Position numbers and translations under genes: made by a program | Part shown: piece after piece, positions 36,776 to 46,724 of the stretch | How positions within the stretch are numbered: the first letter of the stretch is position 1 | Layout of the letters: every line of letters begins with the position of its first letter | Notes under the pieces: generated by a model | What the model saw: the letters and a program-made list of their open reading frames with translations, nothing else | Databases searched by the model: none | What the model was told of the DNA's origin: nothing | Virus record (IMG/VR): IMGVR_UViG_3300006119_000007 | Direction: 5' to 3' (one strand) | DNA: 59,230 bases | Source: an uncultured virus (IMG/VR IMGVR_UViG_3300006119_000007) | Lineage: Duplodnaviria > Heunggongvirae > Uroviricota > Caudoviricetes

Positions 36776-37867
36776 TTAGACGAAAACGACTCCAAGAGAG
36801 GTGCCGTTCCAGGTTAATGTGTTATTTATAATGTCTGAGATGGAATAATCGTCCCAAGGATAAAGGGTTTCTACAGTCTCAAAGGTAACGTTCGAGTACA
36901 TTCCAACCGCACCCTGATCATAGAAGTGAATCAATTCGGAATGATTTGCTCCACTTGGAACTGCGATCGACATCTTATACGATGAGGAATTGAAGCTAGT
37001 TGGGATCGTTCCAACCGTGTCATAGAATGTATTAAGACCGATATTATCGACACCACCGCCTGGTTGAATGATTAAGATGAAAGGATAATCCAGAGTCGTG
37101 ATGATACCTGGTTGATCATGAGGCATACGGCTCAGGATATTACCGGTCAATGGGTCATAATTAATGACTTCGTTTGGATATAGAAGGATCAGGATTTGAC
37201 CAAAGTAAATGAATCCTGCTGGGTGAACGAGCTTCTTAAAGGTATCGTTCCATACCGATATGTTATTACCTGTATTAATTACGTAAGAGAACTTCTGATA
37301 ATAATAAGAGTCCTGAAGCTTGATCGTATCCGATAAGAAACCAAGGTTATTGGTATAAGCGCCCTGAGTGTATCCAGTCAATACTCCAGAGCTATTATAG
37401 ACAGGAGTTTGATAGGTTTGATCCCAATTCCCAGAAGAAGGAATCAACATCAAATTCTTTGGATAACTGACTGTCACTTCATCATCATAAAGGATCTTAA
37501 AGAACAAGGAGATAGACTCCTCAGATCCTCTCATCGAGTAGTAACGAATGAGGTTCTTATAGAGAGTGACACGATCCGTAGTAAGTACTCGAGGGATCGA
37601 AACCGCAATTTCGGTCTGAATTAAATTTAAGTAATTATTGTCAACTGAATCTAGATCTCTTGCTTCTTGAATCGTATTCAGAGCAAAGGATGGCTGCCCA
37701 CTCTCATTCAAATAAGTGTAGTAGTCCTGAAGAAGCTGAATCAGATTTGGAGAACTTGTATTCTCGATGTTCTGACGAATCTGTTCAGGAACTAATGGAG
37801 CAACTCGAAGATTTTCCTTCGTTTGCTTTCTAACACTCGCTGTACTCTCAATGAGGTAGGTCGACAT
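36776..37867 (-). CDS. Short baseplate wedge protein, gp7-like
   Basis: K....YY..RGSEES..LFFKILY, S.G.W and LQDSYYYQ.FSY...LVHPAG motifs; lies between gp6 and gp8. Confidence 0.7.
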   Translation of the reverse strand: MSTYLIESTASVRKQTKENLRVAPLVPEQIRQNIENTSSPNLIQLLQDYYTYLNESGQPSFALNTIQEARDLDSVDNNYLNLIQTEIAVSIPRVLTTDRVTLYKNLIRYYSMRGSEESISLFFKILYDDEVTVSYPKNLMLIPSSGNWDQTYQTPVYNSSGVLTGYTQGAYTNNLGFLSDTIKLQDSYYYQKFSYVINTGNNISVWNDTFKKLVHPAGFIYFGQILILLYPNEVINYDPLTGNILSRMPHDQPGIITTLDYPFILIIQPGGGVDNIGLNTFYDTVGTIPTSFNSSSYKMSIAVPSGANHSELIHFYDQGAVGMYSNVTFETVETLYPWDDYSISDIINNTLTWNGTSLGVVFV

Positions 37868-37869
37868 CT

Positions 37870-39699
37870 TTAGACGTTAGTTGCTGGTGTAGAGTAATTA
37901 ATTGCTCCTGCAGATCCACTGACTGCGATCGTATCGATAGAACCAATGATCGTTGTCTGAGTTAAATCGATCTCGAGCAATTGATTTCTCTTTGGAGCGA
38001 GATCGTTTGAGCTTGAAGGAACTGTAAGCTGAATTGGAGTTGTCGTATCAGGTCTAAATCCTGAGATCGTAATCAATCCGTTTGCCGTATCGATTGTTCC
38101 TACATCATAAAGAGCAACTGGACTTCCATTCACAAGCTTATAAACGAATACTCTACGATTGATCGAGTTAGTGATTGGAGCGTCTCCAAAATAACAAGTG
38201 ACACCATTGATCAAGAAAGAACTTGACTTCATGATCGAATCAGTCGTGTTCGAGATCATGATAGGTGAAGAGTATTGAACTGTAAACGTATTGTTTGCAG
38301 TATTGATTGGAGTTACCGTCTTATACATCTTGACGATTGCGTCCGAATTTAAGATCGAAGGATCACAGCTATCGATCGCTCTCAAGAGTTCTGAGTAACG
38401 AAATACTCCTTGGAAGCTTTCTAACTTATCCGTGTTGTAACTTGAGATCGTGTTACGAACGACTGACTGTAATTCAATCAGACTTAGATCAGTCAAGTTA
38501 GGATTGTACTTGAAATAAACTTGGAGTGAAATGTAAGTATACTCAGGATCTACGATGACTGGAGTAATCGAGACAACGTTCTTACCTTTTAAAATATTTG
38601 AGGTGATGTTGTTCTTCTCATCAGTCGTGAGGTAATCAGCTCCTGTTGGTTTGATACAGATGTAAACTTTACCATAGTCAGGAACGATTGCATCTTCTCC
38701 GCCCCAAACTGATATCGCTTGAATATTTCCGATTCCAGCAAGAATAAGAGCGCGATAGTCGTCGGCCGTGACTGCACGATTCTGAGTGATGTAGGATAGT
38801 GGAGCATTGAATCGTATCGACTCGATCGATTCCGCTGCGGATCCGCCAAAAGATGCAGTTACACCAGCTGTTGATATCGTGCTATATCCACCTATCGAAT
38901 CGATCGAGGTGAAAGCATTTGCCCCATTTGCGATTGTACCGTCCGTGTACATGTATTCGATCTCAACGACATTGTTTGCTTCTGGAGCTAAACCAATCAC
39001 GCCGTCACCAAAGTAGATCTCGTATAAGTTCTGACTATTTTGTTGAACGAAATAGATCTGAGATGTTGCACCAATACCAGAAAGAGTCGTGAAAGGTGTA
39101 AAGATTGTATAGCTATCTGACTGTGAGTTTGCCTTGATACGAACACGAACTGTAGACATATCTACATTTTCATCTGGTATCACAAACATCTGACGAGTCA
39201 CGGTTGGATCAACGATATAAAGCATTCTTTTTAGAATACCCTGAGTGATGGTGACATTGTTAAAAATATATTGACTGGATTGCAATGCAGCTTCCTGAGT
39301 ATCTAATACAACAAAAGTATACTTTTCAGAATTTGCAACTGCACTGAATCGAGTTCCACGAGGAAGATCCAAATAAGCAGGAGCAGAGCCATCGCCTGTG
39401 ACAGTGATATTGATCGTTGCTGTTGAGGCACGAAGTGAACGAGGAACATATCCTAGTGTCTTTGCTGCTGAAACTACATTTCCTCTTAATTGAGCAGAAT
39501 TTAAAAAGACTTCGTTCAATGAGAACTGTGCCATCATGGCATTATAATGTGTATTATAAGCCAGAATCGACATGAGTTGATTCAGACCTGAACCCTGAAA
39601 GTTCCAATCGTTATATGTACCTCCCAATGACGAGAAGTATTCGATCATGTTCTGCTTGATCTGATCGTAGTCTAAATTTGTTACATTAAATTGAGCCAT
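37870..39699 (-). CDS. gp6: Baseplate wedge subunit gp6
   Basis: LDYDQIK, F.GSGL..L..ILAYNTHY, YEIYFGDG and QNRAVT..DY motifs. Confidence 0.92.
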   Translation of the reverse strand: MAQFNVTNLDYDQIKQNMIEYFSSLGGTYNDWNFQGSGLNQLMSILAYNTHYNAMMAQFSLNEVFLNSAQLRGNVVSAAKTLGYVPRSLRASTATINITVTGDGSAPAYLDLPRGTRFSAVANSEKYTFVVLDTQEAALQSSQYIFNNVTITQGILKRMLYIVDPTVTRQMFVIPDENVDMSTVRVRIKANSQSDSYTIFTPFTTLSGIGATSQIYFVQQNSQNLYEIYFGDGVIGLAPEANNVVEIEYMYTDGTIANGANAFTSIDSIGGYSTISTAGVTASFGGSAAESIESIRFNAPLSYITQNRAVTADDYRALILAGIGNIQAISVWGGEDAIVPDYGKVYICIKPTGADYLTTDEKNNITSNILKGKNVVSITPVIVDPEYTYISLQVYFKYNPNLTDLSLIELQSVVRNTISSYNTDKLESFQGVFRYSELLRAIDSCDPSILNSDAIVKMYKTVTPINTANNTFTVQYSSPIMISNTTDSIMKSSSFLINGVTCYFGDAPITNSINRRVFVYKLVNGSPVALYDVGTIDTANGLITISGFRPDTTTPIQLTVPSSSNDLAPKRNQLLEIDLTQTTIIGSIDTIAVSGSAGAINYSTPATNV

Positions 39700-39720
39700 G
39701 AGAGGAGTAGGGTATTATTA

Positions 39721-40161
39721 TTAACGAATTCGAAGTAAGTATATTGTCATATCAACCACAGGAGTGTTCAGGGTAATGATACGGAATCCAAGAGTGACTT
39801 CATAGGCATTCCGATCTGAATCATCCGTCACTTGAACAACAAGGGAATCGACTCTGGGTTCATAGACCGATATGACTCTGGTGATTGCTCTCTTGAGAGA
39901 GGTCATCGTGAACTTATCAGCTGGTTCAAAGAGTAAAGCACTTAAGTTAGATCCTACATCAGGCTGAAATGGAACCTCATTGAAATTCGTAAGTATGAGG
40001 TTCTTTACCGATGTTTTAACCGCATCGATATCATAAAAAGGAACGATATCATTGTAGATATTCAGGCTTAAAGACATGTCTAGGTCGGAATACGGCTTCT
40101 GTTTGGAAACGATCGCCGCTGTCCTATTCTGGGCATTATAGTCTGAAAGTGCTACGCTCAT
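39721..40161 (-). CDS. gp25: Baseplate wedge subunit gp25
   Basis: YSDLD, AVK.SVKNL..T...E.PF.P..GS, LFEP and YEPRV motifs. Confidence 0.9.
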   Translation of the reverse strand: MSVALSDYNAQNRTAAIVSKQKPYSDLDMSLSLNIYNDIVPFYDIDAVKTSVKNLILTNFNEVPFQPDVGSNLSALLFEPADKFTMTSLKRAITRVISVYEPRVDSLVVQVTDDSDRNAYEVTLGFRIITLNTPVVDMTIYLLRIR

Positions 40162-40173
40162 TGTGTTCTATGC

Positions 40174-40181
40174 TATTTATA
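40174..40181 (-). promoter_or_regulatory. T4-type late promoter TATAAATA
   Basis: Exact consensus 12 nt upstream of the gp25 ATG. Confidence 0.8.
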
Positions 40182-40197
40182 AGTGTTTTCTAGGAGT

Positions 40198-41217
40198 TTA
40201 ATATGACGTGTTTGCCGTATAACTGTTATAAGCCAAGACTAAATCTTTATTCGAATTGATGATACTCTCGGTCGTCGTTAGGTATGGTAAGAACTCCGCA
40301 AAGTCTGGATCCTCAACGAGTTCTTTTCTCTTGGCATCGTACGCAGTCTGAAGCATCTTCCCGGATAGCACTTCTTGAATCCTCCAGAACCAAGCTTTCG
40401 TATTGGCGGATCCCCAGTTATAATTAGCATACGCATGATGGGCGGTATTATAAGCCTGAGCTGCACTAAACTCTGCAGGAGTTAATAGACCATCCGCGTT
40501 CAATTGCTTAGAATCTTTACCGTATTGCTTTACTTTATCAAAGACAGACGAAGCTGCATCTTCGGCCGCAAGTAATGTCTTCACTAGAGCATCTTTCTTC
40601 TTTTGCATTGGATCCCAGACTTGAGAACTCACTGGATTTCTTACTTTTGAGAAGTAATCGCTCATGATCGTAAGCTTTTGACCACTATCTCCAGTACTTA
40701 CTTGGCGAGTATGATCTACAACGGTTGGAACCAATGGAACTGCCGAGATTGGTGCAATACTTGGAGTCTGAGAAGACTTTGCCAGATGAATGACTGCACC
40801 CGTCGTTGGATTGATATTGATGTTTGGTATCGCGCTACAGATATCCAATGATGTCCCACCATGAACCGCAGAATTGACTTGAGCTAAAAGAGTCTGCAAC
40901 TGAGCATTAGGTATCTTGGAACCCCATCGATTAAGAAAAGCAAGTACTGCAGATGGAGAGTAATGAGCAGCTTGAAGAGAAGCGATATCACTCTGAAGAG
41001 AGAATACCATGGATTCAGTGTGCTGAATCTGAGATAGTATTCCTTTAAGTTCAGGTATTTGAGAAGCAAGTGTTAAGAGACCTGCCTTCTTATTCGAAAG
41101 TAGTCCAAGTATCGTATTTCTCTGAGAATTTAATTGACCTAGCGTGGAGTTACTTCCGCAAGTAAGAGTGATGGAAGGAAGTCCTGGAAGTGTCGGTATG
41201 GAAGGTATAGTAGCCAT
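40198..41217 (-). CDS. Hypothetical protein downstream of gp5
   Basis: 339-aa ORF 4 nt after the gp5 stop; no recognisable family. Confidence 0.75.
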   Translation of the reverse strand: MATIPSIPTLPGLPSITLTCGSNSTLGQLNSQRNTILGLLSNKKAGLLTLASQIPELKGILSQIQHTESMVFSLQSDIASLQAAHYSPSAVLAFLNRWGSKIPNAQLQTLLAQVNSAVHGGTSLDICSAIPNININPTTGAVIHLAKSSQTPSIAPISAVPLVPTVVDHTRQVSTGDSGQKLTIMSDYFSKVRNPVSSQVWDPMQKKKDALVKTLLAAEDAASSVFDKVKQYGKDSKQLNADGLLTPAEFSAAQAYNTAHHAYANYNWGSANTKAWFWRIQEVLSGKMLQTAYDAKRKELVEDPDFAEFLPYLTTTESIINSNKDLVLAYNSYTANTSY

Positions 41218-41221
41218 AGTA

Positions 41222-42676
41222 TTATAGTATTACCTTTCCTGATGGTGACATGATGATGTCTCCGCCGCCTGCGACCATTGTAGCGGTGCTTCCAGAAGAA
41301 CCTATTGTGGCTGAACCAGAAGATTCCATATTCATGGATCCACCAGCAGAAGCACTGATATTGCCACTTGGATTCAAGGATAAGTTTCCGCTGACTGAGA
41401 CTGATTGATCTCCACCAAATGATTCAGATACACTTCCACCAGTTGTGACTGAAAGAGTTGAACCAAACTGTTGAGTGACCGCTCCGTCAATCGCCATGAG
41501 TAGAGTATTTGGAGTCTCAATTGACATATCCAAGCTTGAGACAAGTATAAGGTGACCGCTTGTCGTAACCTCAAGATGGCTTCCAACGTACTCTTGCATC
41601 GTACCTAATACGATACTACTACCGTTACCAGAGACTGTGAGGTCACTGTTCATACCAATCGTTTCGGATTTATTACCATCACGAACGATCGTGGTATCAC
41701 CGCCAACTCGAGAGATTCGGTTTGAGGCTACGTTTGATGCCATTTCTTGGCCGATCTCAAACTGTTCAGAGAGACCTACCTTGGATTGTCTTGAACCCTT
41801 GATGTACTCTGTCTTATTTCCCTCAACCTCTAAAAAGTAATTACCCTTGACTAAGTGACGGAAGTCTCCATCGACTGTCACGTTCATATTGCCCTTGATG
41901 TAGATATTATCGTCACTGAGTATGACTGTGTAGTTGTTACCTACGATCGTCATGGTCTTATTTCCAGCTGCATCGATCTCAGTATAAGTTCCAGACTTAT
42001 GCATCTCAAACAATCTCTCATATCCTGGAGTATCATCAACTTCCTTTACATGACCAGACTCAGAATGGAATACCTGATTCTTTGGATACTGAGGATTTAC
42101 AACAGTGCTTACGTCCCAGTTACTCCAGGTGTTTCGAGTATAATAGGAGTCTGCCTCATCGACTGCGACTGAACTTACATGAGGAGGTATCGCAGTCTCG
42201 ATCGAGGTCTGCCTTAAGTCATTCCTGATCACGTAGCTTGTTGCTTTTGTATAAGATTGAGTTGCTTCTGTAGGCGTATCAATCTGTCCAGGCTTTGTTG
42301 GATAGACATTGTCAGGATCAGAGAATCCCTTTGTTGGATCTCCGCCTGTTGAGATTGATGGAATCGTTCCTAGTACGATTGGATCTTGAGCTGAAGGACC
42401 ATCGCGAAAGAAACCGATCACCCATGAACCTTGGAGTACGCCTGTTGCAGAGATACCGATTCCAGACATTGAGGCCGATTGAATCGGAGTCATGACTAAC
42501 GCCCAAGGGAGCGATTTCGTTGGAATATCTGCTTTATTGTCTGTGTGATAGCCAAAGCAACGAACACGAACTCGTCCCATTTGCTGAGGATCTATGATGT
42601 CCTCCACGACGCCTGTGAACCAAGAGAAGTGTCCACCTATGAATTGATCGAATGAATTATTGGTATTAGGGTTCAT
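41222..42676 (-). CDS. gp5: Baseplate central spike gp5 (OB fold plus beta-helix, no lysozyme domain)
   Basis: WF.GVVED..DP...GRVRVRC.G.H, LPWA, WV.GFF.DG, ESGH..E.DDTP..ER and H.SGT..E motifs, followed by beta-helix repeats. Confidence 0.9.
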   Translation of the reverse strand: MNPNTNNSFDQFIGGHFSWFTGVVEDIIDPQQMGRVRVRCFGYHTDNKADIPTKSLPWALVMTPIQSASMSGIGISATGVLQGSWVIGFFRDGPSAQDPIVLGTIPSISTGGDPTKGFSDPDNVYPTKPGQIDTPTEATQSYTKATSYVIRNDLRQTSIETAIPPHVSSVAVDEADSYYTRNTWSNWDVSTVVNPQYPKNQVFHSESGHVKEVDDTPGYERLFEMHKSGTYTEIDAAGNKTMTIVGNNYTVILSDDNIYIKGNMNVTVDGDFRHLVKGNYFLEVEGNKTEYIKGSRQSKVGLSEQFEIGQEMASNVASNRISRVGGDTTIVRDGNKSETIGMNSDLTVSGNGSSIVLGTMQEYVGSHLEVTTSGHLILVSSLDMSIETPNTLLMAIDGAVTQQFGSTLSVTTGGSVSESFGGDQSVSVSGNLSLNPSGNISASAGGSMNMESSGSATIGSSGSTATMVAGGGDIIMSPSGKVIL

Positions 42677-44034
42677 GATGTAGCGGCTAGATCAAACGAG
42701 AGTGCGTCTTTCTTTACCTTAAGGTCCACTGTGTATTCTTCTGCAAAATTATGAACAACAGAAGTTACTAGGTAATCACCAGAGAAGAAGATATCCTTCT
42801 TTGCGTCTCCCTTTGAATTCGAGTTCTTTGTCTTAATCTTAGGATCGATCGAGGGAGGTAACTTTAAGCTTATCACTGTTCCAGATACTAATTGAAAATC
42901 TCCAGCAAGAGTTAAGTCATGAGTGAGCGTCTCAAGGTTCTCAGTGTATGATTGAGCCGTATTGATCGCCATGTTCTGAGTCGAAGAATTATAGTTATTA
43001 TCCGAATCGAAAGCCATGCTATTGATTGAGATATAATTGATTCGAGAATCTTGATATTTTGATAGGCTATCCACAGTATTCTCTGGAGTAAAGGTCTTGG
43101 ATAAGACTGGATACTTGTCTATGACAGACATCTTCGAGAAAGCTGAGCTATAATCAAAATTCTGTTGAACGTAAGACTTTGTTGCAAGATCTACGTACTG
43201 GCTCTTTGAGGCAAAGGCTCCGTTCTTTGCGGATATGAACTTTGACATCTTGAGGTCTGAACTGATCGTCAGTATCCTTCTTGCTCTCTCATCGTATGCT
43301 TCCTGAGCAGTCTTTGGATTATCTGCGACATATTGAAAGAACTTTGCGTCTTGGTATTCTCGATAGGATTCTAGAGATACCATATCCGATTGACTCATAA
43401 GATGAATCACCCCATCAAGAGTTTGAAAGCAATAGTATGGACTCCCTTTGGAATCGTATGATCTACGAAGCGCCCAATTGATCGCGTCAAGAGGACTTAG
43501 GGTAGGAGTAATGAAGCTAAGATTAGGAGAAGAAGAAACAGAAATGTCAATAGAATCTGTAGGTACATCGAGGTCCTTTGTTAATACTTGAGTTACGAAA
43601 TCATTTATTGTGCCCGAAAAAGCTCGCGATATCTTTTTAAGATTTGAAATAAATGCGTGTTGAGTAACTCCTCGGATTGTATAAACTTGAAGCCTCGTAT
43701 CGTACTTACCAAGCAAAGGATATTCGCTTACATAAAATTTAAGATCAATCTTGACTTGATCATTCGAACCAAACTCGGTTCTGGCTAATACAACATTGAT
43801 CACTTCTTGCCCAGTCAACTGAAGTTCCTCGATCAGATTCAGAGGATCCTTCACGTTCATGCTCAGAACTAATGCAGTTCTGTAGATACTCTCAGTGATT
43901 GAGAAATCAGTCACCAGAGCTTTGATGTCATTCTGCTTTCCAGCATGATTCGTGATTGTGATTTGCTGGATAGAGTACGCCGTTGGCACGAGTGCCTGCG
44001 ACGTATTGACTGAAATGTTGGAAATATTAGCCAT
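42673..44034 (-). CDS. Baseplate hub protein (gp27-like)
   Basis: Lies between gp53 and gp5; I.ESI...G.E N-terminus and SG.YLVTSV.H C-terminus. Confidence 0.7.
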   Translation of the reverse strand: MANISNISVNTSQALVPTAYSIQQITITNHAGKQNDIKALVTDFSITESIYRTALVLSMNVKDPLNLIEELQLTGQEVINVVLARTEFGSNDQVKIDLKFYVSEYPLLGKYDTRLQVYTIRGVTQHAFISNLKKISRAFSGTINDFVTQVLTKDLDVPTDSIDISVSSSPNLSFITPTLSPLDAINWALRRSYDSKGSPYYCFQTLDGVIHLMSQSDMVSLESYREYQDAKFFQYVADNPKTAQEAYDERARRILTISSDLKMSKFISAKNGAFASKSQYVDLATKSYVQQNFDYSSAFSKMSVIDKYPVLSKTFTPENTVDSLSKYQDSRINYISINSMAFDSDNNYNSSTQNMAINTAQSYTENLETLTHDLTLAGDFQLVSGTVISLKLPPSIDPKIKTKNSNSKGDAKKDIFFSGDYLVTSVVHNFAEEYTVDLKVKKDALSFDLAATS

Positions 44035-44860
44035 TGATTAGCTTACTGAATGTCTGAGCAAAATCATAGATCTCATCTGGACGAACTACTCGAATCTGAG
44101 ATCGAGCATCATTCAATGAATTCTCGTACTCATCATTTGTGACTGCGGTTAATTCAGAAGCTTCAACTCCTGATTGAACTCCTGCCATCGTCTGAGACTC
44201 ATCGATAAACAAAGAATTATAGACCGTGAGTCCATTCGCATCTACATAATGATGTGGCGCATAACGATATGGAACAATTGTATATGAAGATACGACACTC
44301 TGAGAGATTGATCCTGTGATTTGTTCACTGACAGTGATATCACCTACGGTACTTCCAATGAAGTTACCAGTTACCTTTCCTACGATCAATTGACTTAATT
44401 GTGCGTCTTTCTTTACGAGTGTTCCTGTTGCTCCTGATTGAGAACCAGTGACAGTTTCGCCGATTTGAAATCTTCCTGAGAGTGAGTCACGATAGTCTAA
44501 TATCGTTCCATAGATGTCACGCTCGATGCTTGGACGAGTGATGATACATGTGCCATTGTACTCGTTGCTCATGTAGTCCTCGAACTGTTGACCACTCATG
44601 GGCCAAGCTGCAAGTCCACCCTGCTTTAAGGAATCATTACAAACGAAGAAAGTCCAATAGTACTCTGGAGTTCCATAAAGAATATTTGAGACTATGTCAG
44701 GACGATCTCCATCGTTGATGGTATAATACTGATAAACGGAAATATCGTCTAAGAAATTCTTATCTGGAGTGACGTACCGAAATATATCGGTGATATTCGT
44801 ACTGATACCATTGTTATTGAAATCGTACTTTGTCTTTGGAAACTGACGAAAATATGGCAT
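44027..44860 (-). CDS. gp53: Baseplate wedge protein gp53
   Basis: YFR.FP..Y, Y.I.DGDRPD.VS..LYG...YYW, WP.S and LND..SQI motifs. Confidence 0.85.
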   Translation of the reverse strand: MPYFRQFPKTKYDFNNNGISTNITDIFRYVTPDKNFLDDISVYQYYTINDGDRPDIVSNILYGTPEYYWTFFVCNDSLKQGGLAAWPMSGQQFEDYMSNEYNGTCIITRPSIERDIYGTILDYRDSLSGRFQIGETVTGSQSGATGTLVKKDAQLSQLIVGKVTGNFIGSTVGDITVSEQITGSISQSVVSSYTIVPYRYAPHHYVDANGLTVYNSLFIDESQTMAGVQSGVEASELTAVTNDEYENSLNDARSQIRVVRPDEIYDFAQTFSKLING

Positions 44861-44863
44861 GGA

Positions 44864-45631
44864 TTATAAGAGAGTAAGGATTTCTGTACGATTGAGAGCC
44901 TTGGATTCTTGGAAGCCAAGAGCGATGTCTACCTCAAATGGACTACCATCATCGTGGAATATGTTTGTTCCAGCGTTATACGTGGATGTCATGGACTGAA
45001 GGTAGCAAGGATATATCTTTGGAATATAGGTATTTTCTTCACCATCGATGTTATAGAACTTTAAGCTCCAGAGTGGTGGATACTCAAGGATCACATCATC
45101 ACCCTTCGCGTACATATATGTTCTGAACTGCTTTACGATGTTATTGATAGTGTCAGATTCTGCCTGTGTCTTTGCAACTAATTTAAAGGTAAAGGCAAAG
45201 CTTCGAACTGATGAACCTTGGAAATTCGTATTCGTGTTTGGAGCAACGAGTTGCTTTGTGCTGAAGTCGATGATGTCTGCGATATTATCTTGACGAGCTG
45301 TTCTAGCTGCGATTGATGCTGCAGCAGCCACATTTAACTTCTTTGCTTTATCCAGAGTGCTTGAGGCTAAACCTCCAACACCGGCAGTTAATGTTCCAAC
45401 AAGTCCTTGGCCTGTCTTTGCCTGATTGATAGTTTCTTTTGCGATATTACCAATGATTCCTAGGCTAATCGTGGAATACACCATTGAGTCTGAGAACGTA
45501 AGTCCTGGAGGAACTGGGATGTAGACGTCTGCAGCTGCAGCTTCTGTAGGTATCGAGAAGCACATGTACGGATACTGTTGTGTCGAATCCCGAAGCTCAG
45601 AAGGAAATACGTAGAGTGGGGCTGAAGCCAT
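44864..45631 (-). CDS. gp48: Baseplate tail-tube cap gp48
   Basis: F.G...RSF.F.FKL.AK...ES..I..I.K.FR...YP and F.E motifs. Confidence 0.8.
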   Translation of the reverse strand: MASAPLYVFPSELRDSTQQYPYMCFSIPTEAAAADVYIPVPPGLTFSDSMVYSTISLGIIGNIAKETINQAKTGQGLVGTLTAGVGGLASSTLDKAKKLNVAAAASIAARTARQDNIADIIDFSTKQLVAPNTNTNFQGSSVRSFAFTFKLVAKTQAESDTINNIVKQFRTYMYAKGDDVILEYPPLWSLKFYNIDGEENTYIPKIYPCYLQSMTSTYNAGTNIFHDDGSPFEVDIALGFQESKALNRTEILTLL

Positions 45632-45655
45632 AAATAGTAGTTTCAGCTATTTATA
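45629..45655. promoter_or_regulatory. Interlocked divergent late promoters
   Basis: CATAAATA on the plus strand at 45629-45636 and TATAAATA on the minus strand at 45648-45655. Confidence 0.7.
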
Positions 45656-46098
45656 TGCAAACTTACAAAGGTAAATTCAGTCCTCGCAATCCCTCGAAAT
45701 ATAAAGGTGATCCAACAAAGATCGTATACCGGTCTCTCTGGGAGCGTCAGGTCATGAGGTTCTTTGATGAACAACCTGACATCATTTCCTGGAACTCTGA
45801 GGAAGTGGTCATACCATATCGCTGTAAGACGGATGGAAGACTACACCGCTACTTTGTAGACTTTAAAGTTCAATTCTCAGATGGAAAGACCTTTCTGATT
45901 GAGATCAAACCTGCAAAAGAGACTGTTCCTCCAAAGAGACCTAAGAAGCAAACTCGGAGGTACATCACTGAGGTCATGACCTATGCCAAGAACTATAGCA
46001 AGTGGGAAGCGGCCGAGCAATACGCGTTGGATCGTGGCTGGGAATTTGTGGTCTGGACTGAGGATACTCTAAAGAAGCTGGGTATTACAATACTTTAA
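45655..46098 (+). CDS. gp4: Head completion nuclease gp4 (TnsA-like)
   Basis: YKGKF.P.NP.KYKGDP..I.YRS.WE, W.SEE..IPY, HRYF.DF, EIKP and N..KW.AA motifs. Confidence 0.92.
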   Translation: MQTYKGKFSPRNPSKYKGDPTKIVYRSLWERQVMRFFDEQPDIISWNSEEVVIPYRCKTDGRLHRYFVDFKVQFSDGKTFLIEIKPAKETVPPKRPKKQTRRYITEVMTYAKNYSKWEAAEQYALDRGWEFVVWTEDTLKKLGITIL

Positions 46099-46104
46099 AA
46101 GGCT

Positions 46105-46112
46105 TATAAATA
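46105..46112 (+). promoter_or_regulatory. T4-type late promoter TATAAATA
   Basis: Exact consensus 9 nt upstream of ATG 46122. Confidence 0.8.
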
Positions 46113-46121
46113 GAGGTAAGA

Positions 46122-46721
46122 ATGGCTTCCCTATTTAATACTCTTCGGACAGAATTACAGAACTCAGGCTATAGAATGCGTTCTCAGAACGCGCGCAAGT
46201 GGTTTGCTGAGAGAATCAAAGAATTGAATGGAAGGATCAACCGTAATGCTCTCATGAGGGATGAGGCATTAAAACTAAGATCTCAACCTATCTGGGGTCA
46301 CATGTTCATGTTCGTTTATGATCCGAAACTGAAAGACACCTTACCTTACTATGATAGATTCCCTCTCGTGATTGCCTTACAGAAGGCTGAGGGTGGATTC
46401 CTAGGGTTAAACCTTCACTACCTTCGTCCTGATATCCGAGCTAAGTTCTTGGATAAACTCATGACCACTATGTCAGATAAAAAGCTCGATGAACGGAGTA
46501 GATTAAGAGTTACATACAGACTTCTATCTGCAGTTCGTAGATTTAAAGAATTTCAGCCTTGTTTAAAACATTACCTTTCGGATCATATCAAGAGCCGTGT
46601 TGCTCAGGTCTATGCTCCTGATTGGGAAATCGCAATCTTCTTACCAACTGAACAATTTGCAAAAGCAAATAAGACTCGTGTCTGGAGAGAATCCCAACAA
46701 GCATATCGATCCACAAAATAA
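46122..46721 (+). CDS. gp2: DNA end protector protein gp2
   Basis: M.MF.YDPK.K..LPYYD.FPL, GF.GLNLHYL, PC.K.YL and LPTE.F motifs. Confidence 0.9.
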   Translation: MASLFNTLRTELQNSGYRMRSQNARKWFAERIKELNGRINRNALMRDEALKLRSQPIWGHMFMFVYDPKLKDTLPYYDRFPLVIALQKAEGGFLGLNLHYLRPDIRAKFLDKLMTTMSDKKLDERSRLRVTYRLLSAVRRFKEFQPCLKHYLSDHIKSRVAQVYAPDWEIAIFLPTEQFAKANKTRVWRESQQAYRSTK

Positions 46722-46724
46722 TAT

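Noticed and set aside
45655..46098. TnsA-like nuclease as evidence of a transposon or homing endonuclease
   Set aside because: Sequence motifs and position next to gp2 and gp48 identify it as the core T4 head-completion protein gp4.
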